From: Bacteroidales bacterium
Lineage (GTDB): Bacteria > Bacteroidota > Bacteroidia > Bacteroidales > VadinHA17
Assembly: GCA_012513795.1 (NCBI GenBank)
Contig: JAAZBN010000301.1
Span: 20,433 to 84,432, forward strand
DNA length: 64,000 nt
Direction of reading: 5' to 3'
Shown piece after piece: positions 28,649-38,157 of this stretch (position 1 is the first letter of the stretch; every line of letters starts with the position of its first letter). The translations under genes were made by a program, and so were the position numbers. The notes below the pieces were generated by a model that saw only the letters and a program-made list of their open reading frames with translations, had not been told where the DNA came from and ran no database searches.

Positions 28649-30217
28649 ATGAAAATACTTAAATCAGCTTTTATTGTACTGACAGTCTTAGTACTCTGGC
28701 CGAGCACAGGATGTACGGGAAAAAAGAAGGATGTGTCTCAGCTCCCTTCAAAAGTGACAATGACCAAGGATTTGTTGATGGACAAGATAAAAGGTGGCTG
28801 GGCAGGCCAAACACTTGGAGTGACTTACGGGGGACCAACAGAATTCAGGTACCGGAGCAGGATCATTCCTGATAGCATTGAAATTCCCTGGCCTGTCAGC
28901 GGATACTGTAAATCATGGTTTGAGAGCAAACAAAAGGCTGGACTATATGATGATATTTATATGGACCTGACTTTTGTGGATGTGATAGAGAAATATGGCA
29001 TTGATGCACCGGCTGACAGCTTTGCGCTTGCATTTGCCAGGGCCCCTTACCCTCTCTGGCATGCAAACCAGGCTGCCAGGTATAATATACTTAACGGAAT
29101 CATGCCCCCGAAGTCAGGATACTGGAAATTCAATCCACATGCTGATGATATCGATTTTCAAATCGAATCTGATTTTGCCGGACTGATGTCACCCGGAATG
29201 CCTGTTGCTGCATCCGAGGTAACGGATCGGATCGGACATATAATGAACTATGGCGATGGTTGGTATGGAGGAGTGTATGTGGCAGCAATGTATTCCCTGG
29301 CGTTCCTGACAGATGACATCGACCTGATAGTCCGCGAAGCCTTGAAGATGCTTCCACAGGAGAGCAATTTCCATAAATTTATGAGTGATGTTATTAATTG
29401 GAGTAAAGTATATACTGACTGGAAACGTACCTGGGAGGAAATTGAGAAAAAATATGGAGATGATAAAACATGCCCTCAGGGTTATGGTGATCCGTTTAAT
29501 ATTGAAGCAACAATGAACTGTGCATATATTCTGGTAGGTTTACTTTATGGTGATGGAGATATGGGTAGGACCGTAGATATATCCACTCGTTGCGGCGCAG
29601 ACTCGGATTGTAACCCCTCAAATGCGGCAGGCATTCTTGGTACAGCAATGGGCTATAGCAAAATTCCGGATTATTGGCTGAATAATGTGAAAGAAGTTGA
29701 GGACATTACTTTCCCCTATACCAGCCTTTCACTGAATCATACCTATGAGCTTAGTCTTAAGCATGCCCTGGAGGCTGTTCAACGCAACGGCGGAAAAATA
29801 AGGGGAGAAAAGGTGACCATTTCCTGTCAGGTTCCTGAACCTGTAAGATATGAGAAGAGTTTCGAAGGAATTACTCCTGTTAAGAAGGAAAAAATCGATT
29901 TGCCATTAACGGAAAAAGGATTTGAATATTCATTCGAGGGTACAGGGGTCCTTATATCAGCTGAATTTCCCGGAAAAAGACAGTCAACAGGTGAATATAT
30001 TGCATACGTTGAAGTATTTGTTGATGGTAAACCTGCTGAGGTTGTTAAGTTCCCGGCTGATTTCATGGTTAGAAAGCTTGATCTTTACTGGAACTTTGAT
30101 CTGCCATCAGGAGATCATCTAATTGAACTTAAACTTCAGAATCCGGATAAGGAGCAGGTTATTGACCTGAACTATGTTGTCATCTATAACAATTTGGATA
30201 AGGACATTGCACAATGA
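28649..30217 (+). CDS. ADP-ribosylglycohydrolase-family protein, lipoprotein, with an extra C-terminal beta-rich domain
   Basis: Lipobox WPSTGC. ARH-like N-terminal motif DKIKGGWAGQTLGVTYGGPTEF and metal-site-like GADSDCNPSNAAGILG. About 150 residues beyond a normal ARH fold (VPEPVRYEKSFEG...LNYVVIYNN). The stop overlaps the next ATG (ATGA at 30214-30217). Confidence 0.75.
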   Translation: MKILKSAFIVLTVLVLWPSTGCTGKKKDVSQLPSKVTMTKDLLMDKIKGGWAGQTLGVTYGGPTEFRYRSRIIPDSIEIPWPVSGYCKSWFESKQKAGLYDDIYMDLTFVDVIEKYGIDAPADSFALAFARAPYPLWHANQAARYNILNGIMPPKSGYWKFNPHADDIDFQIESDFAGLMSPGMPVAASEVTDRIGHIMNYGDGWYGGVYVAAMYSLAFLTDDIDLIVREALKMLPQESNFHKFMSDVINWSKVYTDWKRTWEEIEKKYGDDKTCPQGYGDPFNIEATMNCAYILVGLLYGDGDMGRTVDISTRCGADSDCNPSNAAGILGTAMGYSKIPDYWLNNVKEVEDITFPYTSLSLNHTYELSLKHALEAVQRNGGKIRGEKVTISCQVPEPVRYEKSFEGITPVKKEKIDLPLTEKGFEYSFEGTGVLISAEFPGKRQSTGEYIAYVEVFVDGKPAEVVKFPADFMVRKLDLYWNFDLPSGDHLIELKLQNPDKEQVIDLNYVVIYNNLDKDIAQ

Positions 30218-32079
30218 AGTTTCTTTCATCCTCAGCTTCGTTATGTTTCCTGAGTATTGCATCCGGAATATCTGCTGCAGGTTTCAGCGAGCTCAGCATT
30301 GATAAAAAGACTGGTGGAGCAGCGAAACCGAATGTAATACTGGTTATTACTGATGATCAGGGGTATGGAGAGCTTTCATGTCACGGAAATCCAGTGTTGA
30401 AGACACCTGCCCTTGATCAATTTCATAGTGTAAGTGTCAGGTTTACAGATTATCATGTGGCTCCTATGAGCGCACCAACAAGGGGACAGTTGCTAACGGG
30501 ACTTGATGCAGCCAGGAACGGAGCTGTGAATGTTAGCAGTGGACGGTCATTGTTAAGGACTGAACTTCCGACCATGGCCGATATATTTTCTGATAATGGT
30601 TACAATACTGGCATTTTCGGAAAATGGCATCTCGGGGATAACTATCCTTTCAGGCCGGAAGACAGAGGTTTTATGGAGTCAGTCTGGTTCCCATCCTCTC
30701 ATATTGGGTCGTTGCCCGACTTCTGGGGGAATAATTACAACGATGATGTATTCATACATAACGGCAAACGGGAGGAATATAAAGGCTATTGTACAGATGT
30801 CTTTTTTGATGAGGCAATTGACTTTATGAATACATCCTCAGGTAAGGGGGCTCCATTTTTTGTATACCTTGCAACAAATACTCCGCACAGTCCATTCATA
30901 GCGCCTCCTGGGGATCAAGAAGTAATCAGTGAGCTAATAGCTGCATCCGAATTTTCTGATTTGGAGCCTGCGATTAAGGCAAGGCTTATTTCGTACCTGG
31001 CAATGGTTCGAAATATTGATACAAATTTTGGAAAACTGATTAGTTTTCTGACGGATAATGGGCTACTTGAAAATACGATTCTGATTTTTACAACAGACAA
31101 TGGCAGCACACAGGGTCCGGACTATTACAATGCTAATATGAGAGGACGAAAGGCCGAACTTTATGAAGGTGGGCACAGAGTCCCATTGTTCATCAGCTGG
31201 CCAGCAGGAATAATAAATGCTCCGCGTGACATCGACGGGCTAACACAGGCCCAGGATATACTTCCTACACTTATTGATCTATGCTGCCTGAAGAAGCCTA
31301 AATCAACAAAATTTGACGGATCGAGTTTGGCGAATGTATTAACAGGGAAGAAGGATGTCGACCGTGATAGAATGATAGTAATTAATTATAGTCGGATGCC
31401 GATGGGGTTTGAATATCCATCTCCTTCCGGACCCACATTAATTACGCCTAAAAGAGCTGCAGTATTATGGAAGCAATGGCGTTTGATTGAAAATCTGGAA
31501 TTGTATGACCTTAAGTCAGATCCTTTGCAGCAGACCAATGTGATTGAGAAATTCCCTGAAATCAGGGATAAAATGCAAGCATATTTATACAAGTGGTGGG
31601 AAGGTGTTAAAGATATCGCAAATGAACCTCAGCGGATTGTGATTGGAAATGATAACGAGAATCCAATTATGCTGACAGCATGCGAATGGATGGATGTATT
31701 TGTTGATCAGCAGGCTCAGGTAAGACGTGGAGTGAGGAGAAACAGTTACTGGAATTTAATGGTGGACAGGGCAGGAGAATACGAGATTGAACTCAGGAGG
31801 TGGCCTCGTGAGACAGGCCTTACTCTTGCTGGCAGAGATTCCGGAGGAAATGCTATTCCTGTCTCATCAGCCCGGATACTTATAACCGGAGCGGTGGAGA
31901 GAGAAGTTGAAAGACCTATGGCTTTTGAGGGGTTACAGAAAAAAGTCCGGCCTGAGGATGTAGCCGTTATATTCAGGGTATCCCTTTTAGAAGGCCCTGT
32001 ATCTCTTCACACCTGGTTTGACGATAAGGATAACAATGTCTTGAGCGGAGCGTATTATGTTTATATTAAACGACTGTAA
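30214..32079 (+). CDS. S1-family sulfatase, Ser-type, with a C-terminal accessory domain
   Basis: Signal peptide. PNVILVITDDQGYGE. Maturation motif SAPTRGQLLTG, with the Ser codon AGC at 30469-30471. Also GKWHLG and TTDNGS. Confidence 0.9.
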   Translation: MKFLSSSASLCFLSIASGISAAGFSELSIDKKTGGAAKPNVILVITDDQGYGELSCHGNPVLKTPALDQFHSVSVRFTDYHVAPMSAPTRGQLLTGLDAARNGAVNVSSGRSLLRTELPTMADIFSDNGYNTGIFGKWHLGDNYPFRPEDRGFMESVWFPSSHIGSLPDFWGNNYNDDVFIHNGKREEYKGYCTDVFFDEAIDFMNTSSGKGAPFFVYLATNTPHSPFIAPPGDQEVISELIAASEFSDLEPAIKARLISYLAMVRNIDTNFGKLISFLTDNGLLENTILIFTTDNGSTQGPDYYNANMRGRKAELYEGGHRVPLFISWPAGIINAPRDIDGLTQAQDILPTLIDLCCLKKPKSTKFDGSSLANVLTGKKDVDRDRMIVINYSRMPMGFEYPSPSGPTLITPKRAAVLWKQWRLIENLELYDLKSDPLQQTNVIEKFPEIRDKMQAYLYKWWEGVKDIANEPQRIVIGNDNENPIMLTACEWMDVFVDQQAQVRRGVRRNSYWNLMVDRAGEYEIELRRWPRETGLTLAGRDSGGNAIPVSSARILITGAVEREVERPMAFEGLQKKVRPEDVAVIFRVSLLEGPVSLHTWFDDKDNNVLSGAYYVYIKRL

Positions 32080-32116
32080 AACAGATAGATATAATAACAA
32101 ATAAAGAACGTCTTGT

Positions 32117-33715
32117 ATGAAAAAGGATAAATCTCTTTTGGTCAAGATTGGGCTGGGTATTTTAGGTACTGCGCCATTAATGATAACAGAAGGTTGTTAT
32201 GGAAACAAAGAGATTAAACCCAATGTTATCTTTTTTCTTGTTGATGATCTTGGATGGACTGATCTGGGCTGTTACGGCAGCAGTTTCTATGAAACTCCCA
32301 ATATAGATAAATTCGCAAGTGAAAATGTCCGGTTTACTTCTGCATATGCTGCCTGCCATGTCTCTTCTCCAACAAGGGCAAGCATATTAACCGGGAAATA
32401 TCCTGCTACGATTAATATGACAGATTGGTTACCCGGACGTAAGGATTTCCCATTCCAACGACTTGCCAACGTTGAAGTTAACCAACATTTACCATACGGT
32501 GAGATTACGATAGCAGAGGCATTAAAAGCTGATGGTTATGCGACGGCGATTTTTGGCAAGTGGCATCTGGGAGAGGATCCATCCAGCCCAATGAAACATG
32601 GTTTTGATGTACATGTGCCGAATTGGGCTAAAGGATGGCCAAACGGGGGCTACTATCATCCCTTTAAACTTGAAGGCTTGGAGAGCAGGGAAGGTGATTA
32701 TCTGACAGACCGCCTTACAGATGAGGCGCTTGATTGGATTGAGTCGAACAAGGGAAAGCCCTTTTTCCTGTATTTATCACATTATGCTGTCCATGACCCG
32801 ATAAATGGACGCCCGGACCTGGTCAAAAAATATCAGGAAAAGTTGGGAAATATATTAAAAAAGGAGGGAGAGCCATTTCTTTTAGAGGGCAACCCTGACT
32901 CCGGTAATCCGGTCTCTATTGAGGAGGCACAAAGGATGCTCAGCGAAAAAGAATATGAAGGTTACAGCCAGCTGCCACAGCAAATGGTGAAAGTTAAGCA
33001 ATTTCAGGATAATGTTCATTTTGCTGCTATGGTTGAAAGCATGGATGAGAGTTTTGGAAGGGTTATGGGAAAACTACAGGAGTTGGGACTGGAAAACAAT
33101 ACCATTGTTATATTCTTTTCTGATAATGGCGGGATGGCTGCTGCCAACTTTGGCAATCCGCAAAGGGTGGTGACCAGCGAACAGTTGGACAGGGCATTCA
33201 GTACGGCAAATCTGCCACTGAGAGGAGCGAAGGGGTGGCTTTATGAGGGTGGAATACGTGTACCCTTAATAGTGAAATGGCCCGGCAGCAAGCTGAAGGA
33301 GACCGTATGCGATGTACCAGTAATAAGTGTGGACTTTTACGCAACAATTTTAGATATGCTGGGGGGGAAAGTACCTGAATATCACAAAGTGGATGGAGTA
33401 AGTCTGGTCCCGTTGTTATTGGGTGAAGGAAGCCTTGAAAGAGATGCCATCTATTGGCACTTTCCTCATTACAGCAATCACGGGATGCAGAGTCCGGGTG
33501 GAGCAATCCGATGGGGTGACTATAAGTTGATAGAATATTATGAAAACGGCACTGTGCAGTTATTCAATCTGAAAAATGATATCGGAGAGCAACATGAAAT
33601 TTCGACAGTAAATCCGGAAATAACATTAAAATTAAAGAATGAGCTCCATGATTGGAGGGCCCGTATAAATGCTCATATGATGGAGCTCAACCCGAATTAT
33701 CAGCCGGGCATATGA
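32117..33715 (+). CDS. S1-family sulfatase, Ser-type
   Basis: PNVIFFLVDDLGWTD. Motif SSPTRASILTGKYP. Also GKWHLG and FSDNGG. Confidence 0.9.
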   Translation: MKKDKSLLVKIGLGILGTAPLMITEGCYGNKEIKPNVIFFLVDDLGWTDLGCYGSSFYETPNIDKFASENVRFTSAYAACHVSSPTRASILTGKYPATINMTDWLPGRKDFPFQRLANVEVNQHLPYGEITIAEALKADGYATAIFGKWHLGEDPSSPMKHGFDVHVPNWAKGWPNGGYYHPFKLEGLESREGDYLTDRLTDEALDWIESNKGKPFFLYLSHYAVHDPINGRPDLVKKYQEKLGNILKKEGEPFLLEGNPDSGNPVSIEEAQRMLSEKEYEGYSQLPQQMVKVKQFQDNVHFAAMVESMDESFGRVMGKLQELGLENNTIVIFFSDNGGMAAANFGNPQRVVTSEQLDRAFSTANLPLRGAKGWLYEGGIRVPLIVKWPGSKLKETVCDVPVISVDFYATILDMLGGKVPEYHKVDGVSLVPLLLGEGSLERDAIYWHFPHYSNHGMQSPGGAIRWGDYKLIEYYENGTVQLFNLKNDIGEQHEISTVNPEITLKLKNELHDWRARINAHMMELNPNYQPGI

Positions 33716-34003
33716 TTGGGTTTTTAAGAGCAGCAGACTGATTACAGAAAGTTCCTTACGATATTTGGATCCTTTTTGATTTTGACTGCTTCTGACACCT
33801 TCTGTTAGCCCTTTCACTAAAGAAACCAGGATAAATTATCAAGTTGGTACCTGCTTTATAAGTGTTCTTCAGGTAGTTTTGACTACTTCCAGGAGAGGAC
33901 TTGCTGGTTCTGCAGAGTACAGTTTCAATGATTTTTTTTACCTTTCGGGTATAAGATATGTTATAAAACACAAAAAATATTTTTTTCGTGAAACGATTAA
34001 GCT

Positions 34004-34011
34004 TATATTTG
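34004..34011 (+). promoter_or_regulatory. Bacteroidota -7 box-like motif (TAnnTTTG) upstream of the PUL-2 regulator
   Basis: TATATTTG lies 58 nt upstream of ATG 34069. It is preceded by TGAAACGATTAA (33989-34000), which shares a half-site with the 35106 palindrome. Confidence 0.3.
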
Positions 34012-34068
34012 TTACAGTATTAATTTTAATTAAGCGGATTATCTTGGTGATTGGGTAAACTACCAGCT

Positions 34069-35088
34069 ATGGTGAATAAGAAAAAAAGTAAACGGGTTTC
34101 TTTAAAGGATATAGCTGAGAAAGTTGGAGTTTCCACAGCCCTTGTTTCTTATGTATTGAACGGACAGGAGAAAGAAAAAAGGGTTGGTGAAAAGCTGGTA
34201 ACGGAAATAAGAGCTGCGCTTAAGGAAATGAATTACGTACCTAATCATATTGCCCGGAGCTTAAGAAATGGTAAAACACAGACAATCGGGTTTATTGTAA
34301 CTGACATTGCAAACCCTTTTTTCAGTACAATGGCAAGATGTGTAGAGGATGAGGCCAGCAAATATGGATATACAGTAATTATCGGTAGTTCAGATGAAAA
34401 TTGCGAAAAGTCAAAGCGTCTTGTTAATACCTTGCTTAACCGGCAGGTTGATGGCTTTATAATTGTTCCAGCAGATGGTTGTTATGACTATGCAGTAACC
34501 CTGGCAAATGATGAAGTTCCCATGGTCATGGTTGACAGATACATCCCTGACCTGACTTCAAGTTATATTGTTCTGGAAAACTTTAAGGCTTCATTTGATG
34601 CAGTTCAATATTTAATTAAGAAAGGGTATAAAAATATTGGAATGTTAGCCTATAAGACAAGCCTTATTCATATGAAGGAAAGAATCAGGGGTTATGAAGA
34701 AGCGGTCAGGCTAAACGGACTAGAGAAAAACCTCTATAATATAAGATACGGATTTCTTAAAAGTGATATTCATAAAGCCTTGCAATCCTTAGACGGAAGC
34801 AGCAAAAATAAGATTGATGCTCTTTTTTTTGCAACCAACACTCTTTCAATAGCGGGTTTATACCAGATTCGTCAGATGAATCTTAAAGTTCCTCAGGATA
34901 TTGCCCTGATAGGTTTTGATGGAAATGAAGCATTTGACTTTTTTTATTCACCATTGACATATGTTAAACAGCCAGTATATGAAATGGGAAAGGAAGCTGT
35001 ACGGATTTTAATTGAACAAATAGATGGTTCGAAGAAGATTTCGCATATAAGTCTTCCTCCGCAATTGGTACTGAGAGATTCTTGTTAA
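34069..35088 (+). CDS. LacI-family transcriptional regulator (PUL-2)
   Basis: I prefer ATG 34069 (MVNKKKSKRVSLKDIAEKVGVSTALVSYVLNG HTH). The sugar-binding core has IGFIVTDIANPFF and VDGFIIVP. Confidence 0.9.
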   Translation: MVNKKKSKRVSLKDIAEKVGVSTALVSYVLNGQEKEKRVGEKLVTEIRAALKEMNYVPNHIARSLRNGKTQTIGFIVTDIANPFFSTMARCVEDEASKYGYTVIIGSSDENCEKSKRLVNTLLNRQVDGFIIVPADGCYDYAVTLANDEVPMVMVDRYIPDLTSSYIVLENFKASFDAVQYLIKKGYKNIGMLAYKTSLIHMKERIRGYEEAVRLNGLEKNLYNIRYGFLKSDIHKALQSLDGSSKNKIDALFFATNTLSIAGLYQIRQMNLKVPQDIALIGFDGNEAFDFFYSPLTYVKQPVYEMGKEAVRILIEQIDGSKKISHISLPPQLVLRDSC

Positions 35089-35105
35089 TTTTTTTATTAT
35101 AGAAT

Positions 35106-35117
35106 TTAATCGATTAA
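35106..35117. promoter_or_regulatory. Perfect 12-bp palindrome TTAATCGATTAA (candidate operator for the PUL-2 LacI regulator)
   Basis: CG-centred palindrome 13 nt upstream of the first GH172 start codon and 18 nt after the regulator stop. Confidence 0.35.
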
Positions 35118-35129
35118 TTGAATATAAAA

Positions 35130-36317
35130 ATGAAAAAAAGAGCAGGTTTATTATTAATCGCAGTCTTTTTGACAGGACAAGGATTATTTGCCCAGGTTGA
35201 TGATAATAGTCTGAATTTGGGCATGGGCAACCTATTTATGCTATCCTCAGCAAAAACCAGATCAATCAGCCCGGAGAATTACACGGGAGAAAAGGGTAAA
35301 GGAGGAATGGCAAAAATCGAAGACAAAGACATACCAAATGTAGCTAACGCTGCTGCAGCAGCCCAGGAGCTTGGTCAGGGATGGAAAGTCAACCCTTACA
35401 TTAATGTCGGACCGGGCGAAACATTTACTCTGGCTGAAATTGTTGGACCAGGAGCAATTCAGCACATATGGATGACACCTACCGGCAACAGAAGGCTCTC
35501 AATTTTCAGAGTTTACTGGGATGATGAAAAGACACCTTCAATTGAAGCTCCGTTAGGTGATTTCTTTGCCAATGGGTGGGGTGAGTACGCACAGGTATCA
35601 TCCCTTGCAGTTTGTGTTAATCCCGGAAGTGCCTATAACTGCTATTGGGTCATGCCATTCAGGAAGAAATGCAGAATGACAATTACTAACATTGATGACC
35701 GGCCCATGAGACTGTATTATCAGATCGATTACACTCTGACTGATGTGCCTGTCAATGCAGCCTACTTTCATGCTCAGTTCAGAAGAGTTAATCCACTTCC
35801 CTATAAAGAGGATTACACCATTATTGATGGCATTAAGGGTAAGGGGCACTTTGTAGGAACCTATATGTGTTGGGGAGTTAATAATAATGGCTGGTGGGGT
35901 GAAGGTGAAATAAAATTCTTCATGGATGGAGATAAAAATTTTCCAACTATTTGTGGCACTGGTCTTGAAGACTACTTCTGCGGATCATACAATTTCCATG
36001 TGCGAGACCCGGCAACTAATCAGGGTGACGCGATAGGGTACAGAGAATTTACCACCCCTTATAGCGGCCTCCCCCAGGTAATTAAATCGGATGGCTTGTA
36101 CAGATCGCAGATGCGTTTTGGAATGTATCGTTGGCACATCCTTGATCCTATTCGCTTCGAGAAAGATCTCAGAGTTACTATTCAGGCTCTTGGCTGGAGA
36201 GGCGGCAAATATCTCCCATTACAGGATGATATATCATCTGTAGCATTCTGGTATCAGGCAGAACCGCATGCTGATTATCCGGTCTTTCCTGACCGTCTTA
36301 AACTTGAGATAAATTAA
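35130..36317 (+). CDS. GH172 (DUF2961) family protein, short single-domain form, secreted
   Basis: Signal peptide MKKRAGLLLIAVFLTGQGLFAQ. RSISPENYTGEKGKGG. The acidic motifs WWGEGEIKFFMDGD...PTICGTGLEDYF are characteristic of DUF2961. Confidence 0.8.
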   Translation: MKKRAGLLLIAVFLTGQGLFAQVDDNSLNLGMGNLFMLSSAKTRSISPENYTGEKGKGGMAKIEDKDIPNVANAAAAAQELGQGWKVNPYINVGPGETFTLAEIVGPGAIQHIWMTPTGNRRLSIFRVYWDDEKTPSIEAPLGDFFANGWGEYAQVSSLAVCVNPGSAYNCYWVMPFRKKCRMTITNIDDRPMRLYYQIDYTLTDVPVNAAYFHAQFRRVNPLPYKEDYTIIDGIKGKGHFVGTYMCWGVNNNGWWGEGEIKFFMDGDKNFPTICGTGLEDYFCGSYNFHVRDPATNQGDAIGYREFTTPYSGLPQVIKSDGLYRSQMRFGMYRWHILDPIRFEKDLRVTIQALGWRGGKYLPLQDDISSVAFWYQAEPHADYPVFPDRLKLEIN

Positions 36318-36347
36318 GTGAATTAATTACTTTAATAAATCAATCAT

Positions 36348-38120
36348 ATGAATAACCGATTAATAGGGAGGTTACCCAAAGTAGGCATTCGTCCGGTAAT
36401 TGATGGCAGGGAAAAAGGAATCAGAGAATCTCTTGAGCATCAAACCATGGATATGGCAAAGGCAGCAGCCAAACTGATTGAATCCAGTCTGCGTTTTCCT
36501 TCAGGAGAAAAAGTTGAATGTATCATATCTGATACTACTATTGGAGGAGTGGCAGATGCTGCACGTTGTGCGGATCAGTTTAAACGTGAAGGTGTTGGCG
36601 TTTCACTTACAGTCACACCCTGCTGGTGTTATGGCACCGAGGTCATGGATAGCGATAATATGATTCCTAAAGCGGTTTGGGGGTTCAACGGTACAGAACG
36701 CCCGGGTGCTGTTTATCTGGCAGCTGCCTTGGCCGGGTACAATCAAAAAGGGTTGCCGACTTTCGGCATTTATGGTAAAGACGTCCAGGATGCCGGCGAT
36801 GTTTTGATACCTGAAGATGTAAAAGTTAAGATCCTCCGTTTTGTGAAAGCAGCTCTAGCTGTAGCCCTTATGAAGGATAAAACATATCTGTCAGTAGGGT
36901 ACACTTCGATGGGGATTGCAGGATCAATGGTCGATCCCGACTTCTTCCAGGACTATCTGGGAATGAGAACCGAATTTGTAGATATGAGTGAAATCAAGGG
37001 ACGAATGGATGATGGAATCTATGATCATGAGGAATTCGGGAAAGCTATGCAGTGGGTGAAAGAAAAGTGTATTGAAGGGCCGGATCCTGAAGGAAAACCA
37101 CTTGACCGAAAAAAGAAGGATTCAGATTGGGAAGCTGTTGTAAAGATGACACTTATTTTCAGGGACCTGATGATTGGTAATCCCAGACTGGCTGATATGG
37201 GTTATGGAGAAGAAGCCAGAGGAAGAAATGCCATTGCAGGAGGTTTTCAGGGTCAGCGTCAATGGACCAACTTTTATCCTACAGGGGATTTCACCGAAGC
37301 AATTTTAAATTCTTCTTTTGACTGGAACGGCATAAGGGAAGCTTTCATCGTAGCCACTGAAAATGATAGTCTTAATGGAGTCTCTATGCTTTTTGGCCAT
37401 TTGTTGACAAACACCGCACAGATTTTCTCTGATGTCAGGACGTACTGGAGTCATGAATCTGTTAAGCGAGTTACAAATTATGAATTATCCGGTCTTGCTG
37501 AGGATGGATTTATCCATTTAATTAACTCGGGTTCGACTGCCCTTGATGCTACGGCACAACAGAAAGATAAGGAGGGTAAACCCGCAATGAAACCTTTCTG
37601 GGAAATAACCCGGGAGGAGGTGGATAAATGTCTTGAGAAAACACGATGGTGCCCTGCAGTTGATTATTTCAAGGGGGGTGGATTCTCTTCGCAATTTTTA
37701 ACTGAAGGACAAATGCCGGTTACTATGACCAGAGTAAACCTTGTAAAAGGATTGGGTCCGGTAATCCAGATAGCAGAGGGGTGGACTATTCAATTGCCGG
37801 AGGCCGTGCATAGTACGCTGGATAAACGAACTGACCCAACCTGGCCAACAACCTGGTTTGTTCCACGAATAAATGGACAGGGCAACTTTAAAGATGTTTA
37901 TTCAGTTATGGCTTCCTGGGGAGCAAATCACGGAGCCATTTCATATGGTCATATAGGTGCAGATCTGATAACATTGGCAGCAATGCTGAGGATTCCTGTC
38001 AATATGCATAATGTTGATCATGATAACCTTTTCAGGCCATCTGCCTGGTCAGCATTCGGATCAGAGGCCGAAGGAGCAGATTACAGGGCATGTAAGAATT
38101 ATGGACCTCTCTACAGGTAG
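36348..38120 (+). CDS. fucI: L-fucose isomerase (also D-arabinose isomerase in the E. coli enzyme)
   Basis: 590 aa and collinear with E. coli FucI as I recall it. Matching stretches include [76 protein letters not shown] and NYGPLY. No signal peptide. Confidence 0.95.
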   Translation: MNNRLIGRLPKVGIRPVIDGREKGIRESLEHQTMDMAKAAAKLIESSLRFPSGEKVECIISDTTIGGVADAARCADQFKREGVGVSLTVTPCWCYGTEVMDSDNMIPKAVWGFNGTERPGAVYLAAALAGYNQKGLPTFGIYGKDVQDAGDVLIPEDVKVKILRFVKAALAVALMKDKTYLSVGYTSMGIAGSMVDPDFFQDYLGMRTEFVDMSEIKGRMDDGIYDHEEFGKAMQWVKEKCIEGPDPEGKPLDRKKKDSDWEAVVKMTLIFRDLMIGNPRLADMGYGEEARGRNAIAGGFQGQRQWTNFYPTGDFTEAILNSSFDWNGIREAFIVATENDSLNGVSMLFGHLLTNTAQIFSDVRTYWSHESVKRVTNYELSGLAEDGFIHLINSGSTALDATAQQKDKEGKPAMKPFWEITREEVDKCLEKTRWCPAVDYFKGGGFSSQFLTEGQMPVTMTRVNLVKGLGPVIQIAEGWTIQLPEAVHSTLDKRTDPTWPTTWFVPRINGQGNFKDVYSVMASWGANHGAISYGHIGADLITLAAMLRIPVNMHNVDHDNLFRPSAWSAFGSEAEGADYRACKNYGPLYR

Positions 38121-38157
38121 ATGGAAATATATGGCAGCAACGTCAAAAAAATGAGAA

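Noticed and set aside
29889-29898. Perfect palindrome AAATCGATTT resembling the PUL-2 operator core
   Set aside because: It lies inside the ARH-like coding sequence, far from any promoter. It is short and AT-rich, so it is likely chance.
28649-30217. ADP-ribosylglycohydrolase as part of a toxin-antitoxin or phage-defence (DarG-like) module
   Set aside because: It has a lipoprotein signal, sits after susD and is coupled to a sulfatase. No partner ADP-ribosyltransferase or toxin gene is nearby.
33632-33971. Two - strand ORFs (61 and 71 aa) in the PUL-1/PUL-2 spacer
   Set aside because: They have no motifs or plausible start context and lie on the opposite strand to all neighbouring genes. I treat the region as non-coding spacer containing the regulator promoter.
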